Assembly (NCBI RefSeq): GCF_035285525.1
Contig: NZ_JAYKGW010000018.1
Coordinates: forward strand, 67,214 to 99,213
Origin: Okeania sp.
Lineage (GTDB): Bacteria; Cyanobacteriota; Cyanobacteriia; Cyanobacteriales; Microcoleaceae
Direction of reading: 5' to 3'
Length of the DNA stretch: 32,000 nucleotides
Made by a program: the position numbers and the translations under genes. Position 1 is the first letter of the stretch. Each line of letters begins with the position of its first letter. Below the pieces are notes generated by a model, which was not told where the DNA came from, did not search any database, and saw only the letters and a program-made list of their open reading frames with translations. Below, one piece after another: positions 1 through 8,819 of this stretch.

Positions 1-395
1 TACCTTGCTCTCCTCCAATAGTATAGAAAATGATACTATCTATATTTTTTAATAAATCAGAAAAATTAGCGGAAATCCAATCTAACATTTAGTGTAATCG
101 TTCCTAATTTAAACTTTAACATCAGTTGATTTTAGCACTTTAAAAAGGAAGAAGGAAGAGGGAAGAAGGCTGGAAATTTCCTATAGATATTAATCAGGAC
201 ATATATAAAATCGAGATAATTACTATATCCAATTTATTGCGACTGGAACTCCGTGGAAGGAGGCAATCTTAGGGGTTTTTATTCTTACTGTGAAACTGCT
301 GATTTAACTTATTTTGTTAACTCTAAAGTGGCTAAATGTTTAAAAGGATGGTTAAATTGTTTTTGCTCAAATACTAAAATAATAGTAATCAAATT

Positions 396-917
396 ATGTC
401 GTTGAATGAATTAAAATTACGTCCTGCTACACCAGCAGATGTACCTGTGCTATTTGAGTTAATTAAAGCACTAGCTGAATATGAAAAATTATCTGATGCG
501 GTGACGGGTAATCTTGCTTCTTTAGAAACTCATTTATTTGGTGAATCTGGTAGCGATCGCTCTAATTTTCGTCCTATTGCGGAAGTTATTATAGCTGAGT
601 TTGCAGATAAACCTGTGGGTTTTTCTCTATTTTTTCATAACTTTTCCACTTTTCTCACCCAACCCGGAATTTATATAGAAGATTTGTTTGTGTTACCTGA
701 GTATAGGGGACAAGGAATAGGAAAGCAACTGATAAGTTATGTAGCGCAGTTGGCAGTATCGCGAAACTGTGGGCGTTTAGAGTGGAGTGTTTTAGACTGG
801 AATGAACCAGCGATCGGATTTTACCAACATATTGGTGCGTCAGTTTTAGATGAGTGGCGTATATGTCGTGTTACTGGTGATTCTTTGAGTAATTTAGCAT
901 CTGGACAAAAATTGTAG
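396..917 (+). CDS. GNAT-family N-acetyltransferase (diamine/spermidine acetyltransferase-like)
   Basis: 173-aa ORF. The N-terminal 'LRPATPADVPVLFELIKALAEYEKL' and the acetyl-CoA-binding 'YRGQGIGKQLISYV' (R/Q-x-x-G-x-G) signature are typical of the GNAT fold. No competing ORF. Confidence 0.85.
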   Translation: MSLNELKLRPATPADVPVLFELIKALAEYEKLSDAVTGNLASLETHLFGESGSDRSNFRPIAEVIIAEFADKPVGFSLFFHNFSTFLTQPGIYIEDLFVLPEYRGQGIGKQLISYVAQLAVSRNCGRLEWSVLDWNEPAIGFYQHIGASVLDEWRICRVTGDSLSNLASGQKL

Positions 918-1168
918 TCATATTAGACTTACACAAAAACTGTTTTTTGATTTAGTTGTTAGGATTTATGCAGAAACCGGGTTTATCAACTAAATTTGGT
1001 GGTTTTAACAACTATATTATGACAATAAACCCGGTTTTTTGGTTGCTTTGGGAAGTCCTGTAAATATCCAAGAAAATAATCTGAAGTCCGAATTAAATAA
1101 CCTCCGGAAAACTTAATAACCAGAACGTAAAGCTAATCATAGACAAAATTATATAAGGAAGAATAATT

Positions 1169-1387
1169 ATGCAGAAATTTCGTTGTGATGCTCCAAAAAT
1201 GTTTTCTAAACCTCAACCTGGTGTAGTTGAAGAAAAAATTACTTCTGATGAACCTGGAAGAGTTAAATATAAAACTACATATTGGCCTGCTATGCTTTTT
1301 AGAGATGATAGTATGACTCTTGCTCCTGGTCAAGAAGTTGCAGTTGTTGGTCGTCAAGGAATTACTTTATTAGTACGTCCTCTTTAA
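1169..1387 (+). CDS. small NfeD-like (C-terminal OB-fold type) protein
   Basis: 72-aa ORF with AAGGAAG 7 nt upstream of the ATG. 'GRVKYKTTYWPA...LAPGQEVAVVGRQGITLLVRP' matches the pattern I recall for short cyanobacterial NfeD-family proteins. The antisense ORF 1133-1357 is low-complexity. Confidence 0.6.
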   Translation: MQKFRCDAPKMFSKPQPGVVEEKITSDEPGRVKYKTTYWPAMLFRDDSMTLAPGQEVAVVGRQGITLLVRPL

Positions 1388-1412
1388 GGAGAGGAGGAAT
1401 GATGTGCCTTGA

Positions 1413-1478
1413 ATAATTAACAATTAATAATTAACTAATAATTATCTATTCTTATAAATAAGAAGATTGACTAAAAGA
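1413..1478 (+). repeat. AT-heptamer + 'GATTGACTAAAAG' dispersed element, copy 1
   Basis: 'aataattaacaattaataattaactaataattatctattcttataaataagaagattgactaaaagaa'. It shares the (AATAATT)n block and the 'aagaag(r)(g)gattgactaaaag(g)a' core with 18396-18447 and 27053-27104. Confidence 0.6.
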
Positions 1479-1582
1479 ATTTTTTTTCTTTTCTTGGTGG
1501 AGAGATAGCGTTAGTGAAACCCTATCTTGCGACTGCTTTTTATAGATAATTAGGGTTTCCTGAAAAAGTCTTTTTGCTCTTG

Positions 1583-1624
1583 GTAGGGAGTAGGAAGTAG
1601 GGAGTAGGGAGTAGGGAATAGGGA
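1583..1624. repeat. STRR-like heptamer tandem repeat (GTAGGGA x6, slightly degenerate)
   Basis: Read directly: gtaggga gtaggaa gtaggga gtaggga gtaggga ataggga. Confidence 0.9.
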
Positions 1625-1836
1625 GTAGTTAAAAGTTAGGAGGAATAGGAGTTATAGAGGAATTAGTTGTAAGAATTGTCTGTTAATTTTTCTACTCTTG
1701 TGTGAGCCTTATCTGCTAACTTTGTTAACCTTTTTGGCCTAAAAGTTGGTACTTTTTTTCCCACCTAAAGTTGCTCAAACCATTAGTATGTCAATGCTTT
1801 TATATTTAAGCTGAAAAAGTCTTAATAACTAAAGCC

Positions 1837-2261
1837 TTATTGATTCTTCCTTTTTTGAGTTAAGTTTGCTAGTCTTTGAATTTCCTCTAAAGGTAAATCT
1901 AAATATTCAGCAATAGTTTCTAAAGTTAAACCTAAACGCATCATATTAGATATATACCTTATTTTGTCTTCTATTTTGCCTTCAGCTTTCCCTTCAAGAA
2001 AAGCTTCTTGATAAATTTTAGTTTTTTTTCAATTCACTTAAACCTAACATTGCTTCAATCTCCTTTCTAGTTTTTTTGGGGTAACTTATAAACGATAATT
2101 GTTTGAATTAGCTTAATTAAATCTTCTTGAATCTTTGGCTTAATAATTTTCTTTTGAGCTTGAGAAATTAAAGATTTAGCCAAATTAATCCCTTGAGTTT
2201 CTGGCTCAATTACCAGTTTAACAACTCCTACTCCTAATGAACCACTTACAGTTTCTGCCAA
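1837..2261 (-). pseudogene. C-terminal remnant of an Rpn-family (PD-(D/E)XK putative transposase / DUF4351-type) gene, frameshifted and 5'-truncated
   Basis: The minus strand reads '...IIKPKIQEDLIKLIQTIIVYKLPQKN' (ORF 2067-2261). After a frame break near 2020-2066 it continues '...KIYQEAFLEGKAEGKIEDKIRYISNMMRLGLTLETIAEYLDLPLEEIQRLANLTQKRKNQ*' (stop at 1837-1839). 'ETIxVYKFPQ...SREEIEAMLGL..LKQTKVYQEA' is the characteristic tail of this cyanobacterial family. No nuclease N-terminus is present. Confidence 0.6.
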
Positions 2262-2755
2262 AAAGTTTTTCGACGGATGAAAAATCAGAAATTAAATTGT
2301 TGTTAAAACAATATATTCGCCAAGAAAGACAACCAGAGATTTATGAGTATTTCCAGTTAGCTAAAATTGAGCAAAAAAAAATGATACTTGCAGTTTTCCT
2401 CTACAATTAATAATCTCAGAAAATTCAGAGAGGAATAATTATAGAAGTTAATTTTATTTACTCGTTTAAACCTGCCTTAAAATCGCAACCTAATCTACAA
2501 CAAACTTCTTCCTTGTTTACCAAAAATTTGTGTCTAAATCCTGTCTTTTTAAGGGGATAAAAAAAATTCAATTTAGGATTTTAATTCTAATGCTTTAACC
2601 ATAGGTACAGATGCTCAAGTACAATAATACTAAACTAAGCTACATAAGTTTTTGTTGGGTTCGAGGTACCCTTAACCCAACCTACTAAATTTAGACAAAA
2701 TAGCTATAGCCTTTTCTCTTAGATCGCTAAAGCTCTTCTTCTTTCTTCTTCCCTT

Positions 2756-3934
2756 TTAATTACCTTGACTAAAGGGTAAATATTCATTAATTCTATCCAT
2801 TTCTAGCTGCTCCATTTCATTAACTTGATCGATATAAGACAAAAATATTTTTGACAAACGATTATGATAAAATCTGTGCATACTGTAGTTAGGTCTAGCA
2901 GGAAAACCACGACGCTTTTTATGTCTGCCTCCAGCTCCGGGGTCAAAACTATTAACACCATGTTTGATCGCCCATTCTATTGGTGCATAATAACAAGCAT
3001 CAAAATGTAAACAGTCTATTTCATAACTACTACCCCAATATCGTCCGTAAAGGCGATCGCCTTTGGTAATACAAAATGACATTCCGATTGGAAATCTATC
3101 ATCTTCTTCACTATAACCTGCTACAAATAACACCCGATGACGAAAGTCGTGATGTAATTGTTCAAAAAATCGCTTCGTCAGATATTTGCTACCCCACCAA
3201 CCAAATTTATCACAGGTACTTTCATAAAAAGTATACATCTTAGAAAACAATAGTTTCGGTATTTCATCTCCAGTGAAAGTCTGCATTTGTAAACCTGCTT
3301 TGGCTACCGCTTTCCGTTCCCGTTTAATATTACGACGTTGGTTAGCATTAAATACTTTTAGATAGTCGTCAAAAGTTTGATAACCTTCATTTTGCCAAAT
3401 ATAACTATGATGCAGCCAACTGGCAAAACCATTACGTTTAATTATAGGATACCATTCTGGATCGACGTAGAGAAAATGACATCCAGAAATATTGTGGCGA
3501 TCGCAAAAATTATCAATCTCACTAACCATCATCCCTGTTATTTCGTCTTCATCTTCCCCAGGTGCAATCAAAAATCTATACCCCTCAGCAGGAGTAAATG
3601 GCGACATTCCTAATAATTTCGGGTAATATTCAATACCTATGCGATCAGCAATTTCGGCCCATTGATGGTCAAACACAAATTCACCTTGACTGTGCCCTTT
3701 AATATAAAGTGGAGCTGCTGCTATTAATTGTCTATCTCGCCATACTGTTAAATGTTGGGGTAGCCATCCACTTCTACCACCTACACTACCAGAAGTTTCC
3801 ATATTGCGCAGCCAGTCCCATTCTAAGAAAGGAGTTTTTAAAGGTTGGGCTAGAGCATCCCACTCTGGTTTGGGGACTTTTGCTATTTTACCAATCCAGG
3901 CTAGAGAATATTCAGGTTTAGACTGTTGGATCAT
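2756..3934 (-). CDS. FemAB-like / DUF482 (PF04339-type) GNAT-fold protein
   Basis: 392-aa ORF. 'EWDALA...PFLEWDWLRNMETSGSV...GWLPQHLTVW...LIAAAPLYIKGHSQGEFVFDHQWAEIADRIGIEYYPKLLGMSPFTP' matches the conserved N-terminal half of this family as I recall it. The internal + strand ORFs are antisense artefacts. Confidence 0.8.
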   Translation of the reverse strand: MIQQSKPEYSLAWIGKIAKVPKPEWDALAQPLKTPFLEWDWLRNMETSGSVGGRSGWLPQHLTVWRDRQLIAAAPLYIKGHSQGEFVFDHQWAEIADRIGIEYYPKLLGMSPFTPAEGYRFLIAPGEDEDEITGMMVSEIDNFCDRHNISGCHFLYVDPEWYPIIKRNGFASWLHHSYIWQNEGYQTFDDYLKVFNANQRRNIKRERKAVAKAGLQMQTFTGDEIPKLLFSKMYTFYESTCDKFGWWGSKYLTKRFFEQLHHDFRHRVLFVAGYSEEDDRFPIGMSFCITKGDRLYGRYWGSSYEIDCLHFDACYYAPIEWAIKHGVNSFDPGAGGRHKKRRGFPARPNYSMHRFYHNRLSKIFLSYIDQVNEMEQLEMDRINEYLPFSQGN

Positions 3935-4320
3935 TTTTCACTCTCATCGGCATATCCAATATCTAAGTTAATCTATTATTTCGTAAGTTGACCTGATGTA
4001 GTCAGAAGTCATAATTTAGAAGTCAGAAGTTAAGATATGAAAAAGGCAGTGCATTTCATTAGACATCTCCAAAAATAAAAAGTAAAATCAATTCTTCTTC
4101 CCAGTTAAGTGTTCCCTCCATACCTGTTCCCTTGGTTCACTAATAGATTTATTCAGCATAGATTTTGATAGTGATCGCAATATTTTGGAATGATTTCAGT
4201 TCAGGAGAAATCAGGAAAATTAGGACTAAATTTAGAATCTAAATATGTGTTATTTTCTAACACATATATTTGCAATTTTCCTTGATTAAATCTCTATAAT
4301 TAACCCACTTTTAAACAATT

Positions 4321-4462
4321 ACAGCAATTTCACGCCCGCCCGTGAGGTACAAAATTTTATTTAGTAATTTTAGTAACACAATCTTCGGTGGTTGTTACAG
4401 CAAACGAAGGCTGAACTGGAGTAGGTGTTAAGTGTACCTCACCATCCTCATGCATTGCTATA
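4321..4462. repeat. left arm of a 142-bp inverted repeat pair
   Basis: The reverse complement of 4321-4462 aligns without gaps to 5849-5990, with 6 mismatches counted by eye block by block. Confidence 0.95.
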
Positions 4463-4647
4463 ATAATTACTTTTTTTTATAGAGAAGAGGATTGCTATAG
4501 TAGCATTTTTGACTTCGCTTTGGAGCCTATTATTAAGTGGGGTTTATATAAGCAAATAGTATTATAGGACAGTAAGCATTCAGCATTCAGCATTCAGCAG
4601 TCAGCTATTAGCTTTTGGAGCCAATCTATAATTTTCAGAAATAAATA

Positions 4648-5062
4648 CAGGACTTATGCAAAGGCACTATATATAGAGTCTAGGTGCGTTGTGCGTTGTG
4701 AGCTTTTCATGTCGCGTAGCGAAACACACCCTACTGGAGTGTTTCATCTAAAATGGTGCATTAGGGAGTAGGGGAGTGGGGGAGTAGGGGAGTAGGGGAG
4801 TAGGGGAATAGGGGAATAGGGGAATAGGGGAATAGGGGAAAAAGATTATTGCCCTTGTTTCGTCCCTCAACCCAACCTACAGTTATTGCACTATTTAAGA
4901 TGAAACGGTCCACTACCAATAGCTTACGCAGAATAACGTAATTCTGTCATGGCGGGACTCGCAGCGCCAGCGACAGCGTTTCGCTCCGCGACATGGAAAG
5001 CGCAGGATTCCGGACCGAAGGCAATCTCAAACCTTGAAATTGCGTTCCTGATGCGTAAGTCC
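4648..5062. mobile_element. nested cluster of MITE-like elements bounded by ACAGGACTTATGCA ... GCGTAAGTCC ends
   Basis: The left end 'acaggacttatgcaaaggcactatatatagag' closely matches the left end of the 29215-29301 MITE. The right end is 'gatgcgtaagtcc'. The interior holds an octamer array (4763-4842), a 'ttgcccttgtttcgtccctcaacccaacctac' unit that is also seen reverse-complemented at 16260-16295 and 16360-16395, and a 'gcgacagcgtttcgctccgcgacatgg' core shared with 22065-22194. Confidence 0.55.
4763..4842. repeat. octamer tandem array (GGGGAGTA switching to GGGGAATA, about 10 units)
   Basis: Read directly. There are about 5 GGGGAGTA-type units followed by 4 GGGGAATA units and a terminal GGGGAAAA. 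Confidence 0.9.
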
Positions 5063-5274
5063 CGATCAAGAGAAATGTTTATAAAGTATAGTCTTAAAGA
5101 TGAGATTTACATCTAAAACCAAAAAAAAGCTGATAGCTGATGCCTGATGGCTGAATGCTTACATGACACCCCATTTATATAGTACAAAGTTACTAAAAAT
5201 GATTGAAAGTGCATAATTTTTCTCACTTTGTAACATTAATTAACTAGAACAAATCAATCACGGGTGAAATAATA

Positions 5275-5730
5275 ATGGCTCAACAATCTTTTGAACACTT
5301 GGTCAAAAATAATAGTGCTAAAGCTGGTTGGAATATTTCCAAATTAAATGACAAACAAGCTATGCTAAAGTTCATTATGGATTCTGGCAGGGTGCAAAGG
5401 GTTTATATTACTAAATTTGATTCTATTTTAGAATTTTCGGTTCCTAGTGCTGCTGTATTTGAATGTTTAGATGATATTCCTAATCTTATTTCTAGTATTT
5501 TATTAACCAAAAATACTCAATACAAAATCGGTGAATGGTTTGTAGAAAATATTCAGGATAAGTTAGTTTATTCTATCATCCAAAATGTGAATATAGATTC
5601 TATTAATTTTGGTTATTTTATTAGTTTGGTGCATTTTCTAGTTTCAGAATGCGATAAATTTGATGGCTTTTTAGCAGAGTTATATCAATATAATCAACAT
5701 ATTAATTCGGCTAATTTTTCTGTTATATAG
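5275..5730 (+). CDS. hypothetical protein (possibly YbjN/T3SS-chaperone-like fold)
   Basis: 151-aa ORF and the only long ORF between the two 142-bp repeat arms. Low GC (a 60-nt spot count gave about 28%). The pattern 'AMLKFIMDSGRVQRVYITKFDSILEFSV...' is reminiscent of YbjN-like proteins, but this is weak. No strong Shine-Dalgarno sequence. Confidence 0.5.
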   Translation: MAQQSFEHLVKNNSAKAGWNISKLNDKQAMLKFIMDSGRVQRVYITKFDSILEFSVPSAAVFECLDDIPNLISSILLTKNTQYKIGEWFVENIQDKLVYSIIQNVNIDSINFGYFISLVHFLVSECDKFDGFLAELYQYNQHINSANFSVI

Positions 5731-5848
5731 CAATTCTAAATAGGTTGTAATATTTTATTGTAGGGGTTTAGTCTCCAAATCATGTATGGGTGGTTTGGAA
5801 ACCAAACCCCTACCGTTTTTTTCATCAATCTTTTCTTATGGGTATAGT

Positions 5849-5990
5849 TATAGTAATGCATGAGGATGGTGAGGTACACTTAACACCTACTGCGGTTCAG
5901 CCTTCGTTTGCTGTAACAACCACCAAAGGTTGTGTTACTAAAATTACTAAATAAAATTTTGTACCTCACGCGCGGGCGTGAAATTGCTGT
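5849..5990. repeat. right arm of the 142-bp inverted repeat pair
   Basis: See 4321-4462: 136/142 identical in inverted orientation, with no indels. Confidence 0.95.
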
Positions 5991-6095
5991 AAGTAGGGTT
6001 TGCTTATGGAAAGTCTTTTTGTTGAAGTAGGGAGAGAGCAGGAAGTATTAAGTGATTAATTTCAGCGATCGCTACTGACAAGTGATAAATGAAGT

Positions 6096-7811
6096 CTAGA
6101 ATCCGGAACCTCTTTTACCATTAGGCAAAGTTGTCCACCAATTAGTTTTTGCTGTCTCTAGTTGACTGTTACTTACCATTGCATTACTCAGATTAGCACC
6201 AGACAAATTTGCACCATGTAAATTTGCACCATTCATATAAGCACCTGTCATATCTGCGTCCTGCAAATTAGAACCTGCCAAACTAGCTGTACTTAAATAG
6301 GCTTTAGTCAAGTTTGCATTTTTGAGAATAGTATCAGTTAAATTAGCATGGCCAAAATTAGCTTCAGATAAATCCGCACCTTCTAGATTAGCTTCATGGA
6401 AATTTGCTCCATAAAAATTGGCTCCAGACAACTTAGCGTTACGCAAATTAAAGTTACTTAAATCACAATCAGCAAAATCTCTTCTACCTCTGATATAAGC
6501 ACTGCGCAAGGAGGCAGCAGTCCATTTTGTGGGAATTGCACCACCTAATTCTGTTGTATTACTTGTTTTGTTTTTTGAGGATAAAGAAGATAATGCTGCA
6601 TTAGTTGCTTTCTTTTTTGGAGATACTGTGGTAAAGTATCCTTCTGTAACATCTTCCTTCATCTTCAAAGATTTGGGTGGAACTGGAGGTCTAGGAGCTT
6701 TATTCAAACGATTCTTGCGTTCTCGAATTTTTTGAGCAATTTTAGTGCCGGGAGAAATTAATGAAACATCATTGTTATTATCATTAAATACAGTATTGTT
6801 ATTATCATTAAATACAGTATTGTTATTATCAGTAAATACAGTATTGTTATTATCAGTAAATACAGTATTCACAGTTTCATCGGATTGAGGTTTAACTTGT
6901 TTTTTCTTTGTTGTTTTTGTATTCAAAGCTGCTAAAAGTTCTGGAGCTGACTGGAAGCGATGTTTTACAGAAACTTCTAGCATTTTCTCCAAGATTTCCC
7001 CAAATTTATCGCTAACATTAACTACAGGACGCCAGAGAATTTCACCATTAGTTCGATTGTAACCAAGACTTTTTGGACTTTTTCCTGTCAGCAAATAAAT
7101 AGTAGTTACTCCCAAAGCATAAATATCGCTTGCATAGACAGGTCGTAAAGCCATTTGTTCTGGTGGAGCGAAACCTGAAGTACCTATGGAGATATTTGTA
7201 AAAGCAGTTTCTCCTGTACCAGTTGATATGTGAGTTTGACTAACATGGTCTTTCACAGCGCCAAAGTCGATCAAAACTAAATTACCACCTTGACTCCGCC
7301 TGATAATATTTGCAGGTTTAATATCTCGGTGAATCACTCCTTGAGTATGGATGTAATCTATCAGTGGCAAAATATCAATCAAAAATTTTCGCGCTTTTTC
7401 TTCAGTAAACAGACCCTGTTTTTTGACTTCCTGTTTTAAAGTTGAACCACTCACATATTCTTGAACTAGATGAAAATGTTTCTTCCATTCAAAATAACCT
7501 AATAAGCTGGGGATTTGGGGATGGTGGCCAATTTTTCCCAGAGTTTCAGCTTCTCGCTCAAATAGCTTTCTTGCCATTTCTAATACACTAGCTGTTGTCG
7601 TAGATGGGCGCAATTCTTTGATTACACAAATCGGGTCTCCTGGTAAAGAGATATCTTTGGCTAGAAAAGTTGCTCCGAAACCTCCTTTGCCAAGGGGTTG
7701 AACAATTTCATAGCGATCGCGCAGTATTAACTGCGAACCACAAGTTTGACACTTTTTAATACTATCTGGATTTTGAGGTTGAGGACAGTTAGGGTTTGTA
7801 CAATAGCTCAT
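6096..7811 (-). CDS. Ser/Thr protein kinase with N-terminal 4-Cys prefix and C-terminal pentapeptide repeats
   Basis: 571 aa. 'CTNPNCPQPQNPDSIKKCQTCGS' is a 4-Cys zinc-ribbon-like prefix. Kinase motifs 'GKGGFGATF', 'VIKEL', 'HRDIKPANI', 'DFG' and 'APPE' are present. There is a central 'NNNTVF(T/N)D' x4 repeat. The C-terminal about 130 aa are A(D/N)LxG-type pentapeptide repeats ('ANLEGADLSEANFGHANL...'). Confidence 0.92.
   Translation of the reverse strand: MSYCTNPNCPQPQNPDSIKKCQTCGSQLILRDRYEIVQPLGKGGFGATFLAKDISLPGDPICVIKELRPSTTTASVLEMARKLFEREAETLGKIGHHPQIPSLLGYFEWKKHFHLVQEYVSGSTLKQEVKKQGLFTEEKARKFLIDILPLIDYIHTQGVIHRDIKPANIIRRSQGGNLVLIDFGAVKDHVSQTHISTGTGETAFTNISIGTSGFAPPEQMALRPVYASDIYALGVTTIYLLTGKSPKSLGYNRTNGEILWRPVVNVSDKFGEILEKMLEVSVKHRFQSAPELLAALNTKTTKKKQVKPQSDETVNTVFTDNNNTVFTDNNNTVFNDNNNTVFNDNNNDVSLISPGTKIAQKIRERKNRLNKAPRPPVPPKSLKMKEDVTEGYFTTVSPKKKATNAALSSLSSKNKTSNTTELGGAIPTKWTAASLRSAYIRGRRDFADCDLSNFNLRNAKLSGANFYGANFHEANLEGADLSEANFGHANLTDTILKNANLTKAYLSTASLAGSNLQDADMTGAYMNGANLHGANLSGANLSNAMVSNSQLETAKTNWWTTLPNGKRGSGF
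6771..6866. repeat. 24-bp tandem repeat x4 inside the kinase linker
   Basis: Units start at 6771, 6795, 6819 and 6843 ('attgttattatcattaaatacagt' / '...cagtaaatacagt'). They encode NNNTVFND/NNNTVFTD on the minus strand. Confidence 0.95.
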
Positions 7812-8111
7812 CTTAAGTATATTAAGAATTATATTTTAATTTAATTTTTCTTTAAATGACTAATCTCTAAACGACTAATCTCTTTATAGCAAACTTACTA
7901 GACAAAGGCCAATTCTTCAGGATTTGACCGAGGATAAATATATAGCGCTACGGGCAATTTCAGATAGGGGAACTGTCGAATTGGCGACTTATAGAAGTCA
8001 GAAGTCATAAATTAGAAGTTAGAAGTTGTTTTGGTAAGGGAGATTTGAGCAACGCTCCAAAAACGTCTCGCCGATCAAGGGGGGGGGTTGCACGACCTAA
8101 TATATTGCTCT

Positions 8112-8584
8112 GCTGATTAAATCTAAAAGAATTGACAGATAAAGATTAAAGGCTTTTTTGGGTAACCAACAAAAAGTGCCGAGAAATTACTAAATTAATC
8201 TTTAAAATTCTAGATTTTTCCTCACTAATGGAAAAAATGTAGAAAAAGTAACACTTGTAACTATTTCCTATTACCCCCATACCTATTGCCTAAGCCCACT
8301 AACAGACTTTTGAGTAACCCCAATTATTTTGATAAACTGCAGTTTAAACGCTTAATAGCTTATTCTCTCTTCTCTGTTCCCTCTTGCTGTAAAAACCAGG
8401 AAATTTGGGACACGACTCGAATAAGACTGCTATATCTAAAATAATATCTAAAATTCGGGACAACATTAAAGCTTGTGCGACAGAGACTCTTGTCTGTTGA
8501 TAGAGTTTCTCAAGGAAGGGAACACTTAACTGGGAACAGTATAAAAAGTTTATCTGTCTCTCAATGCTTTGAGATTTAATCAGC
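8112..8584. mobile_element. 473-bp non-coding element with imperfect terminal inverted repeats of about 35 bp (MITE-like or decayed IS)
   Basis: Left end: 'gctgattaaatctaaaagaattgacagataaag' (8112-8144). Reverse complement of the right end (8548-8584): 'gctgattaaatctcaaagcattgagagacagataaac'. There is no ORF of 60 aa or more inside. Confidence 0.55.
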
Positions 8585-8740
8585 TAACCCTAACTCCTGA
8601 TTCCTAACTTCATGACTCAACCATCAGAGAGATAAAATGTTACTTGAAGTTATAAATATGGCCTAAGAGCCAGATATAGCAGTTGCCATGAGTGTTAGAA
8701 GATTTGCCAACTCTCAAATTTAGTCAGAGACAGAATTTTA

Positions 8741-8768
8741 CTTCTGACTTCTGACTTCTGACTTCTGA
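8741..8768. repeat. STRR-like heptamer repeat (CTTCTGA x4)
   Basis: Read directly. The complementary GTCAGAA-type repeats lie at about 7991-8030 and 3994-4033. Confidence 0.9.
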
Positions 8769-8819
8769 CTGCTGTTATATTTGCTCTACTATGCCTCAAG
8801 ATTGGGAAATATTAAAAGG

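Noticed and set aside
1133-1357. 74-aa minus-strand ORF overlapping the NfeD-like gene
   Set aside because: It is antisense to an ORF with a good RBS and family-like sequence. Its product is Phe/Ser/Asn-rich low-complexity sequence, as expected from AT-rich antisense reading.
2262-2410. Apparent + strand peptide 'KSEIKLLLKQYIRQERQPEIYEYFQLAKIEQ'
   Set aside because: On careful re-reading, the frame is closed by a TGA just upstream and has no start codon before the late ATG. An ATG at 2238 is in a different frame and terminates after 22 codons. This is not a supportable gene.
2654-2685. Possible tRNA-like T-arm ('gggttcgaggtaccc')
   Set aside because: The region is a simple hairpin of the 'gttgggtt...aacccaacctac' dispersed repeat family. 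There is no acceptor stem, D-arm or anticodon arm around it.
4321-4462. The 142-bp repeat arm as a structured ncRNA gene
   Set aside because: Internal stems exist (gtgaggtac/gtacctcac, cacgc/gcgtg). However, the 6 differences between the two copies do not show compensatory pairing, and one putative hairpin is disrupted in one copy. There is no promoter or terminator evidence. I kept it as a repeat or mobile-element candidate only.
8781-8819. TTG-initiated 13-codon N-terminal extension of pheT
   Set aside because: The ATG at 8820 yields the canonical 'MRISLKWL' PheT N-terminus. The extension begins immediately after a heptamer repeat array and encodes nothing recognisable.
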